Positions 23,378 through 36,657 of a stretch of 64,000 nucleotides of DNA are shown piece after piece (the stretch's first letter is position 1; each line of letters opens with the position of its first letter). Origin of the DNA: Vezdaea acicularis (taxonomy: Eukaryota); assembly GCA_026025075.1 (NCBI GenBank), contig JAPEUI010000007.1:1-64000 (forward strand), read 5' to 3'. Position numbers and translations under genes: made by a program. The notes beneath the pieces are model-generated. The model was not told the DNA's origin and searched no databases. It saw nothing but the letters and a program-made list of their open reading frames with translations.

Positions 23378-25138
23378 CTAATCGTCTCTGTCAATGGGCA
23401 CATCAGCTCTCTCCCACATCCGTCTTAACAAATCTTCCGTCCCTCCATCAATCACCTCTCCATCTCCCAGCTCTCTCTCAACGCTTCCGGCGCTCCCACC
23501 AGTCTCTACACTCCCAACACCCAGACCTAATTCTCGCAGCCTTCTAACCTGCTCTTCATCACCTCTCCTCTCCCTTCTGACGACCTTCGGCCCGACCTTA
23601 TCTCTCATGCCAATCCTAGCCACGCTCTCGGCGATCGGACTTCGAAATCGTCTAACAACGCCATAATCCGCACTACACCGCTCGTATTGTCTAAGCAGCT
23701 CTCGTTGCCCGTCGCCGATGTAGAAACCTCCTCCTGGAGTGGTTTGAATGTTACCGACACGCGCTAAGGGAGGTGTGTAAACCGAATGGCTGCTCGGAAT
23801 GGTGCTGCTTGACGGACGGAGCGGGAGCAGAGTTGCGTGTGAGCCAATTCCATGTGATGTATGTGGTTCGAGGGTGGAGCTGGCGCGCTGGAGGAGGATC
23901 TTTTGCTGGGTACGGTAGATGCGTGTCGGGGGTGTGATAGCAGAGTTCCCTGTGGATGGGGTAGAAGCGTTCGTACTTGGATGTGGGTTACCAGAGGAGG
24001 GGAATGCTCCGCCACTATTTGTAGATGATTGAGAGACAAAGCGAGCGGATGGGGTTTGTCCTGACTGAGGTGTAATGAATGCCGAGTTTGGTGTAAAAGC
24101 TTGGTCGCCACCAAGGGTAGGCGGACTGGCGGAGAAGGGGAGATTACTGGGTAAAGATGAGCCATTAGGAGAGCGAGTTTGGTGAGACGCAGTAGTGTTG
24201 CTGCGGTTCAGGTGGGAAAACTGAGTTCGAGGAGAGCGAGATGAGGGGGTGGCTGTTGCAGAGACGATAGTGGTTTGTGGAGCAGTGGGATGCTGAGGGT
24301 GACGTCCTAAGAGGCGGCTTGTAATAGCATCGGCGGAAGGGGGCGTTGTGCGTGAGTGGTCAGCTATTCGCTTTTGCGAGGTTGAGACAGTAGGCGATGC
24401 TATAGGGATATCTCGCGGGACAGAGGCAGGCGGTGTCGTAGGCAGGCTGGCTATATTTGTGCGGGAGGCAATCGGACTTTCTGGTCGAGAGTTCACCCTT
24501 GAGTTATTTGTTGTGCTGCGAGCGGCGTTGGGGGAATCTGTTGCGCTGCTAGCTTCTGTCCAACCATCATCTTGGTCGCCGCCGAGGTCAAAGCGAACAG
24601 CAGTATTCCTATGTGTGAAGGACCCGCGAATCCCTGAGGCATCATCCAGGCGTGAGGATTTGGTTGCGGCATCGTCATTGCGCTCCCCAGGTCGAGAGCT
24701 GGGACGATTGAGCGAAGCGTGTGAATGGTTCTTTTTGAGGGAACTTTGTGAGCCATTGCGTTTTAGAGATATATTAGAGCCGTTTCGATTAGATTGTGCT
24801 ATCCTTGGACTAGTCGAAGGAGTATGAGAGTGAGAACGTTTGTGACGTTTGCCTTCTTTGACAGCGCCACCACCTTCGTTTCCCACTATCTTTGTTAATT
24901 TATTAAGGTTCTTGCCATATGAAGGTGGCCGAGGCTGAACGCGCCCGTGACCGACTACATGATGCTTAACGCCATGTGTCCGAGCCTTGTGCGATGAGCC
25001 CAGAGGTGCTACCCCGGGTGAGTTCGGAAGTTCGCCGTTGTTCGTTTGTTGATAGCTCTTTGAGGCAGAGCTTGTTGACCGGCGAGCATCGATCGTGGGG
25101 CGTTGGGAACGTGGTGGGGGTGAATCTTGTGAAGGCAT
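23378..25138 (-). CDS. Tco89-like TORC1 subunit, disordered and Ser-rich
   Basis: 586-aa intronless ORF with RTQQKILLQRASSTLEP and YGVVRRFRSPIAES, motifs typical of filamentous-fungal Tco89-domain proteins. Confidence 0.72.
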   Translation of the reverse strand: MPSQDSPPPRSQRPTIDARRSTSSASKSYQQTNNGELPNSPGVAPLGSSHKARTHGVKHHVVGHGRVQPRPPSYGKNLNKLTKIVGNEGGGAVKEGKRHKRSHSHTPSTSPRIAQSNRNGSNISLKRNGSQSSLKKNHSHASLNRPSSRPGERNDDAATKSSRLDDASGIRGSFTHRNTAVRFDLGGDQDDGWTEASSATDSPNAARSTTNNSRVNSRPESPIASRTNIASLPTTPPASVPRDIPIASPTVSTSQKRIADHSRTTPPSADAITSRLLGRHPQHPTAPQTTIVSATATPSSRSPRTQFSHLNRSNTTASHQTRSPNGSSLPSNLPFSASPPTLGGDQAFTPNSAFITPQSGQTPSARFVSQSSTNSGGAFPSSGNPHPSTNASTPSTGNSAITPPTRIYRTQQKILLQRASSTLEPHTSHGIGSHATLLPLRPSSSTIPSSHSVYTPPLARVGNIQTTPGGGFYIGDGQRELLRQYERCSADYGVVRRFRSPIAESVARIGMRDKVGPKVVRRERRGDEEQVRRLRELGLGVGSVETGGSAGSVERELGDGEVIDGGTEDLLRRMWERADVPIDRDD

Positions 25139-25944
25139 CGTGAAACTATCGCGACACCGAAGCAGATTCTCTCCTTAAAGAATCTGCGGGCACAAATTCG
25201 AAGTATAACGTAGGAGGATCGTGCGTGGGGAAAGACGCGGTTGCTCAGGCCTAGCCTGCCTCAGAGAAGGCAAGTGCGCAATTCCCGTGGCATTTAGCCT
25301 TTACAGTGTCATTGTGATAATGTTGTGGATGTCCTCGGCACAGGAAGAGTTTGTCGATGCACTCAAGCCGCACTCAGGTAGCGTAGAACTAAAGTAATCT
25401 GTACGGGATTCTGAATGGATCAGGACATTGAGGACTTGACTGAATGGGTGGAGGTTTGTAGCTTTACCCGAAAACGTGGTGTCAGTGCGCCAATCGCCGA
25501 AACTTGCGCCGTGCGTTTATTATGGTCACCCGACCGCGGCCATTGGCGGCTTTTGAGGCATTTGCGAAGGTATGATACTTCTCCAGCTCCTTGGTCTCAG
25601 GCAGAGATGATGGCGGAGGCTGACGCTCCCTACTTTGGTGGTTGATAACAGTCGCATTGTGAACAGATATCATATTTTGGACTTTAGTTTCCAAGGTCTT
25701 CCTAGAGCCTGACAATTGAGCGATTCTTTAGATAATAATTCACTCCTATAGTGCTCTAAATATCACAAATGATTTGAAAACTGCTCAATATTCCATCGAA
25801 CACCATTGCTTGACTCGGTACCTTGGTCTATCTAAGGCCCTCCCGAATACCATAGCGCCTTCACGTTCACTGACGTAATAAGAAATAGTGATACAGGTAA
25901 GTTTGATATGTGCAACTTCCAGAGCGTGCAAGTATTCCCCTTGA

Positions 25945-26603
25945 TTATTTCCCGTACTTTTCTGCCACCTTCTGGCGCCAATCTCTGGGCGTAGGCGGTT
26001 CCATGTCAAATGTGCTGGTCACTTTCATATTGCCCTTCTCTAAATCCAAAGCAGTTGGTTTTGCTCTTGAGGATTCCTCCAATCTAGGAGGCCGAGTAGT
26101 CTTCACATCTGTATTACCCTTCTCCAAATCTTTAGGCTGTGGCTTCGGCGTAACCTTCTGATGTCGCGAGAAACGAGCCCTGCCATTGTTGAACTTGCCA
26201 GTAAGACGGCGTGTTGCTCTCTTCATGCTCTTCTTAACCTCCCAATGTCTCTTCCTGGCCAGATAGCAGACAACAACACCTGCAACTAGGGAAATAGTTA
26301 GAACCCAAGTTTCGTAGTGCACTAAATGGGTTATTTACCAGCTCCGAGCACCACAACAATAGCTACTACGATGATGGCTGCAATAGTGCCTCCGGAAAGG
26401 CCTCCTATGTCGTTGGAGCCGCCCGAGGCTCCTGCGGCGTTCTGGCTCGCAGGTGCTGAAGTCGGCGCTGAAGCGTTGGGATCGATCGAGGGTGCACCAT
26501 TACCTCCCCCGTTTTCTCCTGATTGTGCACTTCCCTGGGCGAACACGATCGAGAAATGGAGGACGGCGCACAGCGCCGCAAGAGGCAGAGGATGAAAAGA
26601 CAT
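25945..26603 (-). CDS. Small type-I membrane protein (signal peptide, Ser/Gly-rich ectodomain, one TM helix, basic tail)
   Basis: MSFHPLPLAALCAVLHFSIVFAQ...LSGGTIAAIIVVAIVVVLG|...GVVVCYLARKRHWEVKKSMKR. Intron about 26337..26287. Confidence 0.75.
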
Positions 26604-27860
26604 TTTCAAACCTATTTGAGAATGTAACAGCTTGCGCAGCTTCGCAGACCGGGAGAAGGAAATTATGTGTATAGCTGACGAAGGTGGGGAAGTACTTTCG
26701 ATGAAGGCACAGCCTTCACCATCCATTCATATACAACAGTCAGGGGCACACTCCTCTGGAGGCGGAAGAGCCCTTCATGCCCGTTCGACCTTTTGTCTGA
26801 GCGCAACCAAACCATTCACACCGTTCTGACATGGAGTAGCCCTATCGCGCTCTCTCATAGGAGAGCCAAGAGGTGATGAAGTTTGACTAGAAACGGATGT
26901 GTAGCCAGGGTTGGCGCTTAAAATTCGGGAGACCAATCGCATGGCTGTGTCTGAGACTCTTTCCGGAATGGTGCCGATCCACTAAGCGCCCTTCGAACCT
27001 CAATCACCGTGATGCGTCACTTCGGAAGCTTACACGTTTTTCTAGAACCCAAAAGGATTTTATCAGCAATAATTCAATGTGATAGCATTCCGTATTCTTT
27101 TGGCGCCGTCGACTGCATGATTCCTTCCAAGAGGTGCAAGCGATGCTGGTCTACTTGGGAAAGCGTTTGTGCTGTTACGGCTTTTGGGATTCTTGAGTTT
27201 ATGTCGTCCTAGTGACCACTCAACATATCTGGAAAGTCTTCGGATCAACTCACAACGATAGGCTATCCTCTCATGACTTAGCCAATGACAATTGAACTGC
27301 GCTTCATACTCCCTTTCGACGGACACAGGCATTAGTGATTGGTACAGGCCTGGACTGTAAACCCTTACCTTAATGGGACTTCCTAGACATATGTATGAGT
27401 ATTTCCGTGCTATCATTGATACTCTTTAAATTCAATATGGCGTTATGTCTTACTCATTTATCTTACAATGCTATGAGCCTACGTCGGCTACGGCTGACTT
27501 TTTAAATCAAAAGCTATTGTTTTCTTCCAAAGGTCAGGCTACTAGGCTCACCATGAACATGATAAGCTTTCTTTAAATTGATATCACATCCATCACATTG
27601 CTTCAAGTTGCGCTACCCAATGGCAGGGATTCATATACTCACTAAAGAATCGATTGGTGAATGACCAGACCACTAGTCTTGGCGGAGGCATCGCCTGGCA
27701 TTATACGGGTCTACAGAATACCTGAAAACTCCTCTAAATGCTTCCGTAACTCTGCAGGGCAAGCACATTCCTTTTGCCATCTTGATAGCCAGAAAATGCG
27801 CTCTCTATCTCATCTTTCCATTGGTAACCATTTGCAGACTTTCCAGGTTTCATTGATTCA

Positions 27861-30800
27861 ATGACTTTCCCCTTGGAAGGAGCACAGTGTATTCGATCTT
27901 CGCCCCCTTTTTGCAATATTTCTCCTACGATTGAAGTTGAGGCTTCTCAGATCTCCTATGACAGCAACATCACTCAAATTAGCCAGACCCAACTCTGTGA
28001 GGAGATCTCGATGGACCCGGATGATAGTAGTATAAGTAATCTTCCGCTCACCGTCAAGGATATTTCCAGTCCTCCCATACAATCTCTTCCGTCAAACCCA
28101 GCGAAGAACATGAAATTTACCCGGAAGCCTACTTTGCAAGTTCATGATACCTTCACGTTTAGCAAAGCACCAAAACAGCAGCTCAGTACTCAGATTGTTG
28201 GGCAGTCGATGGTGGCAGGCTCCTTCACAGCATTGTCGTTAAGCCCGAGAAAGGCAGATCTTCTAGCCTTCAATGTTACGCCAAAGCCAGACACTGTGGG
28301 TTTTGTTAAGCAAAGGGCACCGAAAGGCAAGAATACGTGGGCTGAGCCCCAAACGGTGTACGGGCCATCCTTCAGGGAAGAGGTATAAGCGGCTAATGAT
28401 CTGCAGAACAACCACGACAGAAGATTCAAGATCCCAGTCCAGCGTTGCAGATGCTCCGACGGCAAGCGTTGACGATTTGTTGGCGATTAGTGATGCTATG
28501 CATGATAAGGGAGACAAAAGTATCACCAGTTTGGCCATGGCCAGTAAATTCGCCAACAGCAACCAAGTTTTGCCGGCTCTAAGCCCTCTGCATCACAAGC
28601 AGGATTCATTGCCTGCTCTTGCAAGCCTCCAAGGGAGCCGGTCACCTTCCAAAATACCTGGCCTATCAACCGAAAGTTCGACTGAGGTGGCTAGGAAACA
28701 AACCATGAACAAGGCAACTTTTGCCCAATGTAGATTTAGGTCCAACGAACGTGAGGGTATAGAGTCAAATACTACTCAGCAACAGTCCGAAGGAAACGCT
28801 TGGACAGTCGCAAAGAAAAGGCCTCAGAAGCGAACATACATCAAGCCTCATTCTCAAATAGCTGTTCGGAACGAAAGTCCAGATATGAATTCAATTGGAA
28901 GCTTATTCGAAGTTCTCGGCCAAAGGCTCAATATTGAGAAGCAGGCAAATGAGTCAATCAGATATACTCAGGCGTCGGAGCTTGCGCAGGCAAAGCTCAG
29001 TCAACGGGCCTTGAAAGACGAGATTGTCACATACAAAACACAGGCGGAAGCTCAAAGGGTTCAGATCTTCAAGCAAAATCAAGTGATTAGTCAATATGAA
29101 GTTCGCATTTCTGGCTTTCAAAAATCTCTTGATGAGCTCGCAAATGTTCACAATGGACTTAAAGATAGTAGCAACCAGATGAAGACCCGACGAATCCAGC
29201 TGCAGGAGTCGGCTCATGATGTTATGAGAAGCATTCAGGATATGAGACAACTTACTAGCTGTCTTATTGACGCAGCAGAGTCAAAGAAGGAAATTCTCGG
29301 GGAATTACACCAAGCACATTACAGAACAAAAGAACGTAAGCATCCACCTGTATGGAGTCACTGGATGTGTAGCTCTCCCTCCGTTGCAAGTCTTGTAGAT
29401 GTATATCCGTTTTTCATTAATGCCTAAGTAGTGGAACAAATGGTCGAAATGCTACAAAAAGAGCTGCAGGATAAATCAGGGCTTTTAGTAGAAGAAAGAA
29501 ATCGCGCTGTGCAACTAGAGCAGAACTTTCACTCGAATGGTCAAGGCTATGCTGACATCCAGAGACTTATTGCTAATCATCATTGGGAGGTCGGGGAACA
29601 TTTTCACAAGCTAGAGCAGTACAGTTCTCTGCCTGCTCTGTAAGACCTCCAATCACCATAGGTAATCTCACGAGCAACTTTTAACCTTTTTCAAAAGGGT
29701 CTCCAGCTTTCTACAAGAGTCAAAAAAAGACCGTATAGAATCGAATGATCAACTAAGAGAGGGACTTAAAGAGCTAAAAAAGGTGTCGCTGTCAATGGCA
29801 GTATTTGAAAACCAGTAAGCATATGAGAAGACCCTGAGGGGACGATGAATGCGTCTGTCTGAATTTGTACGCATCCAGTATTACTCGGCTTGAGGATGAG
29901 AAGTCTTCCCTAGGGCACCCATTTTTAAAGGATCAGCAGAAGCAAACTGAGTCACTGAAGATAGAAATAGCTAAAGCAGAGTGGCAGCGAGATGCTCAAC
30001 TATTGACTTCAGCTACTCTCCAGAAGACTCTCAACGAACGCAATGTAAGATCAATCAACCTGTAATCGAGAGGCATTAACCACTCCCAGGCTGAGTTATT
30101 GGACCTGAAAGCTACAGTCTTGGGTCTGGAGAGGGAGAAGAGCAATGTCTATCAGCATGTAAGCCCATTATTAGCCATATCCCAACTCTTTGTCCAGAAT
30201 ACACTCCAGGGGGGCGTGGGTAATCACGTTTACAACGAGGAATTTAGGAAAAGGATGAAATGGATCGGCGAGAAATCAACATGATCCAGACTGTGCACGA
30301 GAGTGTATTAGCTAGGCAAGAGTTTACTGAGGACTTAATGGCTTTGACCTCGGAAAACGAAAGGCTTAAAGCCCAAGTCAGAAACCTAGACGAAGCACAT
30401 ACACTGCGATCTTCTATCCCTTCCGTAAGCAAACCCTTCAGCTAGGAAGCGGAAGGTTCAATCGCTAAAGGCTATCAGGAAGAGATGAGGCAACTTCATG
30501 TCGAAATTGTTTCATACAGAGCTAAGGTATGGAAAACCACTTCATCACTAGCTGATAGACCATTGTAAGCTACATTAACCTCCAACTAGGAAATCAAAGC
30601 TTTGAAACAAATTGGAAGCCTCGAAGTTCAGCTACAGGCACTGTCAAATCAATTCTCCGTGCTAGAACTAAAGGAACAAAGAACAGCAGATGAGTTATCG
30701 GCTCTGAGACGTACTAAAGGCGAGGGAAATACATTATTGACAAGTCCACAAAAGCAGGGGCAGGGGACCCCTCAGGGGTTGCACAAGGAGATCAACAATC

Positions 30801-32056
30801 TATCCTTCCGGGTGCAGCAGCAAGATCAAGCAACTGAAGAACTCATCAGTATATCAAATGGTAACAAACGAGACATACAAGAAAGAGAGCGCGAGTCGAA
30901 AGGGAAAGATACCGCAAGTAGCATGGAGCCAGAGAACGTAGCGTCTCAGGCCCAGATACTCTCCAAGCGATTCGAGGGAAAAAGTGAGGAGAGGAAATAC
31001 CTTACTTCAGAATCAAAAGAGGGCAAGGAGGCTCCAAATAGGGCGACTCATTCCTCAAGCCCATACGATGACTCCCTTGAGGAAGCCAGTAGCGACTTGC
31101 AAAACCTCATGACCAACCCAGAAAAAGAGAAAGCTGAGATTCGAAGCAAAGACAAAGCGTTAAAGCCGAATGACCAAAGGATGCCTGCAGCCTTTACTCA
31201 AATGCAAGAGCGCCAGGGAGATTTCTCGCAATCGCCCATAGAAATTTCTGGAAACGCAAGGGGATATATTGAAGTAGCCCAGACTCTAAGGAATGCAACT
31301 GAAGGGGTTTCAGCTATGGCCGAAGCTTTTAGCACAGCCCCCGTCGCTCCTCGAAATATCAATGGCTCTGAGGTTTTCGATAGAGCTTGGCAGTCAACGG
31401 TCAGCAAAGAATCGAGATCACTGGAAGTGATTAGCTCTTCGGCGACAGAGAGCCAACTTGGATCTAATGTGGCGGCCTTATTCGACAAACCCGGTCTCGA
31501 CATTCTTGGATCGGAACATAATTCGCAAGGAGCTGAGCCTTCGAACAAACTTCGTGCAGTCAGAAGGACTTCACTATTCGGAAGAAGTCACGCACATATG
31601 CAATCGGCTGCTCCTGATGATCAAGAAAGAGTACAACCTCTAGAAGGATCAAACAATTCGGGTTGCAAAAGCGACTCGATCATCTCCTTGGCCGCAAATT
31701 TGGATCCAAGTCAGTCGATTATCGCAGAGACAACTGTTTTGCAGGTTGCCAAAACCCCCCGGCCATGCAAATCGGCTATGAAGCGTTCCTCCTCCGCCAG
31801 TGGTGCATCTAAGCCAAGCCAAAAAAGAGCCAAAATTAATCTCGGAGAAGACACAATAATAATTGAACCAGAAATTCAACGGCTATCGCAGCAGTCTCAT
31901 ATACCGGTGGAATTAGAAGAAGCTCACGGCCATATCCATCGCCATGCCGTCTCTGGCGTTGCTCCAACGGCGAGCGAGAAACCGCAGAATAATTCCAAAC
32001 CTGTCCGCCGACGCTCAATGCGGAGCAACAAAGGCACCGTATCACTTAACAGATGA
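27861..32056 (+). CDS. Large multi-exon coiled-coil protein of unknown function (ends uncertain)
   Basis: Chain of + strand ORF pieces (27861-28388, 28273-29427, 29431-29643, 29865-30065, 30260-30445, 30602-32056) separated by GT..CTRAY..AG introns. The middle is E/K/Q/L heptad-rich and the ends are Ser-rich. Confidence 0.65.
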
Positions 32057-32339
32057 GAGAGATTGGCTTATTTGCTTTATTTGCCAACTGCTTTTAAGCT
32101 ATCGCACACTCACATGATAGAATCCTCGCATTATGCCTTGACCATGTCTTATGAATTGCTTTTGCAAATTGTGCAGAGATGGTGGAGTAGAGACATTCAT
32201 GTCGCTAGGTTTCTTATAGCAGAACAGAATGGCTTCTTAGAACTGCAAAACTCCCAGACTGAATGCCATGAAGTGACGGACCCAGTATCCATACAAGCCC
32301 AGATACCCTTCGCAAGCTCTACCTTTCGCTCCATACGCA

Positions 32340-32772
32340 TTATCGCCCACCACCCCGCTTTTGCTCAAGAAACAGGACTTGTTTTCTTACTATAGGCAAG
32401 CAGAGAATTAGCCTCCTGTGACTGCAATTGTCCTCTCGACTTCTCCCTTGATCTCTCTCTCTCTCTCTCTCTTTTTCATCTCTCCCCTTGGTCTGTCTGC
32501 GAGAGCGTTGGAGGAGGAGGACTACCTACCAACCGGATCATACTTCATCATACTCAGCGGCCGATGCACCCGAGGTCGCGAATAAGTCTTGTAATACCCT
32601 GTCAGCGCCGTGCTGATCAGGCGGACCATGATTGTCCGCGATTTAGCTAAGCATGTTGGTCAGTAGTCCGCTGTGCATGACTTGAGTGGAAGCATTTGAG
32701 TTTTGCGAAGAATGGTAGTTCCAGGCATGTGGAGAATCTAGGAGGGCATGAGGACGTACCTTTCTTCGCCAT
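32340..32772 (-). CDS. MRPL39: Mitochondrial ribosomal protein bL33m, 3 small exons
   Basis: Manual splice: [59 protein letters not shown], with the L33 KYDP motif. Missing from the ORF track. A (CT)n tract lies in intron 2. Confidence 0.9.
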
Positions 32773-32962
32773 TGCTAGAGCAGCATCTGGATTGAAGCGC
32801 GCGAGATTCAAGCTCGAGATCATTTTCGCCAAACGGCCGCATTCGCAACTTGATTGGCTGGCCAGAATGATCACGTGATAAATGACTTGGGAATTTCGAA
32901 TATATTCAATATCTCTTTCTAAGGCCTTTGAAAGAATATGCAGCTGCGATAAGCTCATAAGC

Positions 32963-35229
32963 CTATCCAGAACTCAGCCCCATGGTCTCTGGCTTGCCCA
33001 AGAATTCACCCTTATCGCCAGCAAGCAATTCGTCGATATCGATGGCCCCATTAGTAAGATACCTCTCACTAACCCCTACATTGACCCTCTGCGCCAGCAA
33101 GCCCTTCAACTCCGCCCTCATAGCCGCAAGCTCACTTGCATCAACCGAGCGTGCCTCCCTTGCCGCTTTCTTCCGCCCATTCCCTCGTCCCTTCTTTCCA
33201 CCTTCTGCCGCGTCAAACTCCTCACTATCATAATCGACGCCTAGATCCTCGGCCGCAGTCTTCAGCCAATCTTTCTCGTGTGCCATTTTCTCCTTTGCAA
33301 GTGATGAGTCTGCTAGTTTTTTGGCTAAGGAGACTCGCGGTTTGAGCCGTGCGATGAGCCGCCGATCTAGCTCGAGGGAGTGGATGTAATTCGTTGTTCT
33401 TGCATCGGCATCCCCTTTTTGTGCATGTACTTTCGCAACCAAGCGGCGAACGCCAGCTACATCCTCAGGAGCACATAGCAATACGCTTAATCCAGACTGG
33501 GTGGCACGTGCCGTGCGTCCAGAGCGATGAACGTACGTATCCGCGGCTAGGGGAAGGTGGTAGTGAATGACGAGGTCAATGTCATTGATGTCAAGACCTC
33601 TAGCTGCGACGTCTGTCGCGATAAGTATAGATCCAGACGTATTAGGTCCAGTGAAGCGCTCGATAGAACGTAATCGCGCTTTTTGCGGCATCTGCGAGTG
33701 CAGGGCGTAGGCTGGGAGCGCGAGGTTCTGGAGGAAAGGGGTTAGACGCCGGACAGCGGAAACGGAATTTGTGAAGACTAGGATCCGCTTTCGGGGGTTT
33801 TGTATTAGTAGGGCGTACAGGTAGTGGTCCTTCTCTGTACCACCGCACTCAGTCAAATACTCAGTCAGGCCGGAGGCCATTTGGTGGGCGGGGTTTGCGT
33901 CGATGAACTTGGGGTGAGCTTCACGAAAGTTGAGTTTTTGGAGGAGGTATTCTAGGGGTTCGGCTTTCGTTGCAATTTTCTGGCTCCAAGTTTTGGCCTT
34001 GTTTGCAAGCTTCTGTTGAAGCTCTTTATGGAATGTAGCTGAGAAAACTAGGGTTTGGCGGTCTGTCTTCGTTGCACGGGTAGTGAGACCATCCTCTTCT
34101 CCCTCTCCATTATCGTCGACTCTAGTCAATACATTTAGAATCTCATCTACCTCCTTAAAATGACCATCAGAGAGCAGCCGATCGGCTTCGTCAAGTACCA
34201 GAAACTTCGTCTTTTGAAGCCATTCTACAAGTCCCTTTCCCTGGCTAAGAACTTCCCATAAGCGCCCTGGTGTGCCAATGATGATATCAGCCTTTGAGAG
34301 CAATCGGAGCTGTTTCTGAATTGATAAGCCGCCAGTAAGGGTCGCAGTAAATGGACTATCAGAGTGCAGGTTGGAGCATAAAGCCTTTAGATGAGCGTCG
34401 AGTTGATGCGCCAGCTCTCGTGTAGGGGAGAGTATGAAGGCTGTTGGTGGTTTTCTGGGTGTTTCTTCACCACTTGACGGTACGCTTTCTTGACAGCTCG
34501 TACTTTTAAGGAAATGCTCCAGAATAGGGATCCCAAATGCAAGTGTTTTTCCGGATCCAGTCGAAGCCTTTCCTATAACATCATGGCCCTTGAGAATTTC
34601 TGGGATGGACAAAGTTTGAATTTGCGTAGGCTTCTTGAATCCTAGCCTAGATAACGAGGAAAGCGTTGCCCCAGAGAGTTCAAGCGTTTTCCATGCCGAA
34701 ACTAGAGCAGATTAGAGTTATGCATCACAAGGTTTTAAGAAAGCAGATTACCGTCCACGCCCGCGTCTCTTGGGTCTATCTCCAGGTCCCCAAACTCGTT
34801 GACCGACGTTGAAGTTGCATATGCAGACTGAGATTTCTGATTGTCTTGCTTTCTCTTCTGCTTCTTACTTTTTCGGGTCTCTCCCTTGTGCGTATCGACC
34901 TCTCTTTCCTCCGCAAACCCCTCCCAAGTCTCTTCGTCGCAAGGCTTCACACTTTCCTCAACCTTTGGGCCGGCCCTAGAAGGCGCGCCGTTTGAATGAT
35001 GTTCTTGTTTCACTTGAACAACCCTAAGCTCAAGCTTAGAGCCATCCTTATCCTTGACGACCTCGACATTTTCCACCTCTTCGAGCCCAAAGAACCCTTC
35101 GTAATCATCCAGTCGATCGGGTAGCGTGACTTCTTTCCAAGCAATTTCATCGACGCCTACACGAGCCCGTTTCTGCCGATGGTTTGTAAAATCTTTGATT
35201 GGATGTCGTTTTTTGCTATCAGCCGCCAT
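32963..35229 (-). CDS. MAK5: DEAD-box RNA helicase Mak5/DDX24 (60S biogenesis)
   Basis: TGSGKT, PTRELA, TPGRL, DEAD, SAT, HRSGRTAR; N-terminal DDYEGFFGLEEV; C-terminal WLKTAAEDLGVDYDSEEF. Intron about 34750..34703. Confidence 0.93.
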
Positions 35230-35553
35230 CTTGGCGTGTCAACTCCAAATTTTTCTCGAATATAGCTTAATGAATGATCAGATATTGTTTGTGTCAAAGC
35301 AAGTGCCATTGGGCTCGGGAAAGTGTCTATAAGGCCATAAATCTGGAGAAAATTTGAAGAATTTAGATATCAAAAGAAATGTTCTCGTCGGCGACCCAAG
35401 CACTACATGGTTACAGCCAGCGGCGAGCTTCTATAAATCGAGGGCTAATTTGAAGATTTAAAAGCGGCTCTGGCTGAAGATCCGAGATAAATTTTCCGTC
35501 TGCCTTCAAACCCCAAGACCGCAATATTACACGTCCACTCATCAACCTATACA

Positions 35554-36657
35554 ATGGGTAAATCGTCCAAAGACAAACGAGATGCTTACTATCGACTTGC
35601 AAAGGAACAAGGATGGCGAGCTCGAAGCGCCTTCAAGCTCCTGCAGCTGGATGAGGAATTCGACCTTTTCCGGGATGTGACCCGGGTCGTTGACCTCTGT
35701 GCTGCACCTGGAAGCTGGTCTCAAGTCCTATCAAGGATATTAATCAAGGGAGAGAAATTTGGACGTGTTGCTTGGGTGGAAAACCATAATGCTCTTATGG
35801 AAGCTGTTGCTAAGGTCGAGGGCAAAGCTGATGAGACTGAAACAGCTAAGATAGCGGGGTCACCAGCAATTGAGCAGCCTATATCTGGCCCAAGACCGAA
35901 TGTCAAGATAGTCGCTATTGACCTGCAACCAATGTCTCCTCTAGAAGGTATCATCATGCTAAAGGCAGACATCACACATCCTTCGACCATACCACTGCTC
36001 TTAAAGGCCCTGGACCCAGAGACGGACGACGAAGCTTCAACCTCGGCATCTCATCCAGTCGATATCGTCCTCTCGGACGGTGCACCTGACGTTACTGGCT
36101 TACATGATCTTGACATTTACATTCAGAGTCAATTACTCCTTGCGGCACTTAACTTAGCGCTTTGCGTGCTCAAACCAGGAGGCAAGTTTGTTGCCAAGAT
36201 ATTTCGAGGGAAAGATGTCGACCTTATTTACGCTCAGCTCAAGATAATGTTTGACAGTGTGACTGTTGCAAAACCCCGCAGCTCGAGGGCAAGTAGCCTA
36301 GAGGCATTTGTGGTTTGTGAAGGCTTCTCACCACCGAAAGGATTCACAGCCAATCTGGAGAACCCGCTTGGCACGAGCTTCTCGTTCTCTAATTCCAAAG
36401 TCGGAGCCGAACTAATCGAAAAGGGCATGGTGGAGCTCGATTTGGGAGATGATTACCACGAGCCAGAGCCACCAAGGTGGATTGCGCCGTTTCTGGCCTG
36501 CGGAGATCTGTCGGCCTTTGATGCAGATGCGACTTATCATCTGCCCGAGGATCGAGAAGTCCTGGACCCAATCCAGCCTCCCACAGCGCCCCCATACAAG
36601 CGGGCTTTGGAGATGCGAAAAGCAGCTGGCGGGGCATATGGGAAGACCAAAAAGTGA
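35554..36657 (+). CDS. TRM7: tRNA (Cm32/Gm34) 2'-O-methyltransferase, FtsJ family
   Basis: MGKSSKDKRDAYYRLAKEQGWRARSAFKLLQ, DLCAAPGSWSQV, DGAPDVTGLHD, KPRSSRASS, PIQPPTAPPY. Confidence 0.95.
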   Translation: MGKSSKDKRDAYYRLAKEQGWRARSAFKLLQLDEEFDLFRDVTRVVDLCAAPGSWSQVLSRILIKGEKFGRVAWVENHNALMEAVAKVEGKADETETAKIAGSPAIEQPISGPRPNVKIVAIDLQPMSPLEGIIMLKADITHPSTIPLLLKALDPETDDEASTSASHPVDIVLSDGAPDVTGLHDLDIYIQSQLLLAALNLALCVLKPGGKFVAKIFRGKDVDLIYAQLKIMFDSVTVAKPRSSRASSLEAFVVCEGFSPPKGFTANLENPLGTSFSFSNSKVGAELIEKGMVELDLGDDYHEPEPPRWIAPFLACGDLSAFDADATYHLPEDREVLDPIQPPTAPPYKRALEMRKAAGGAYGKTKK

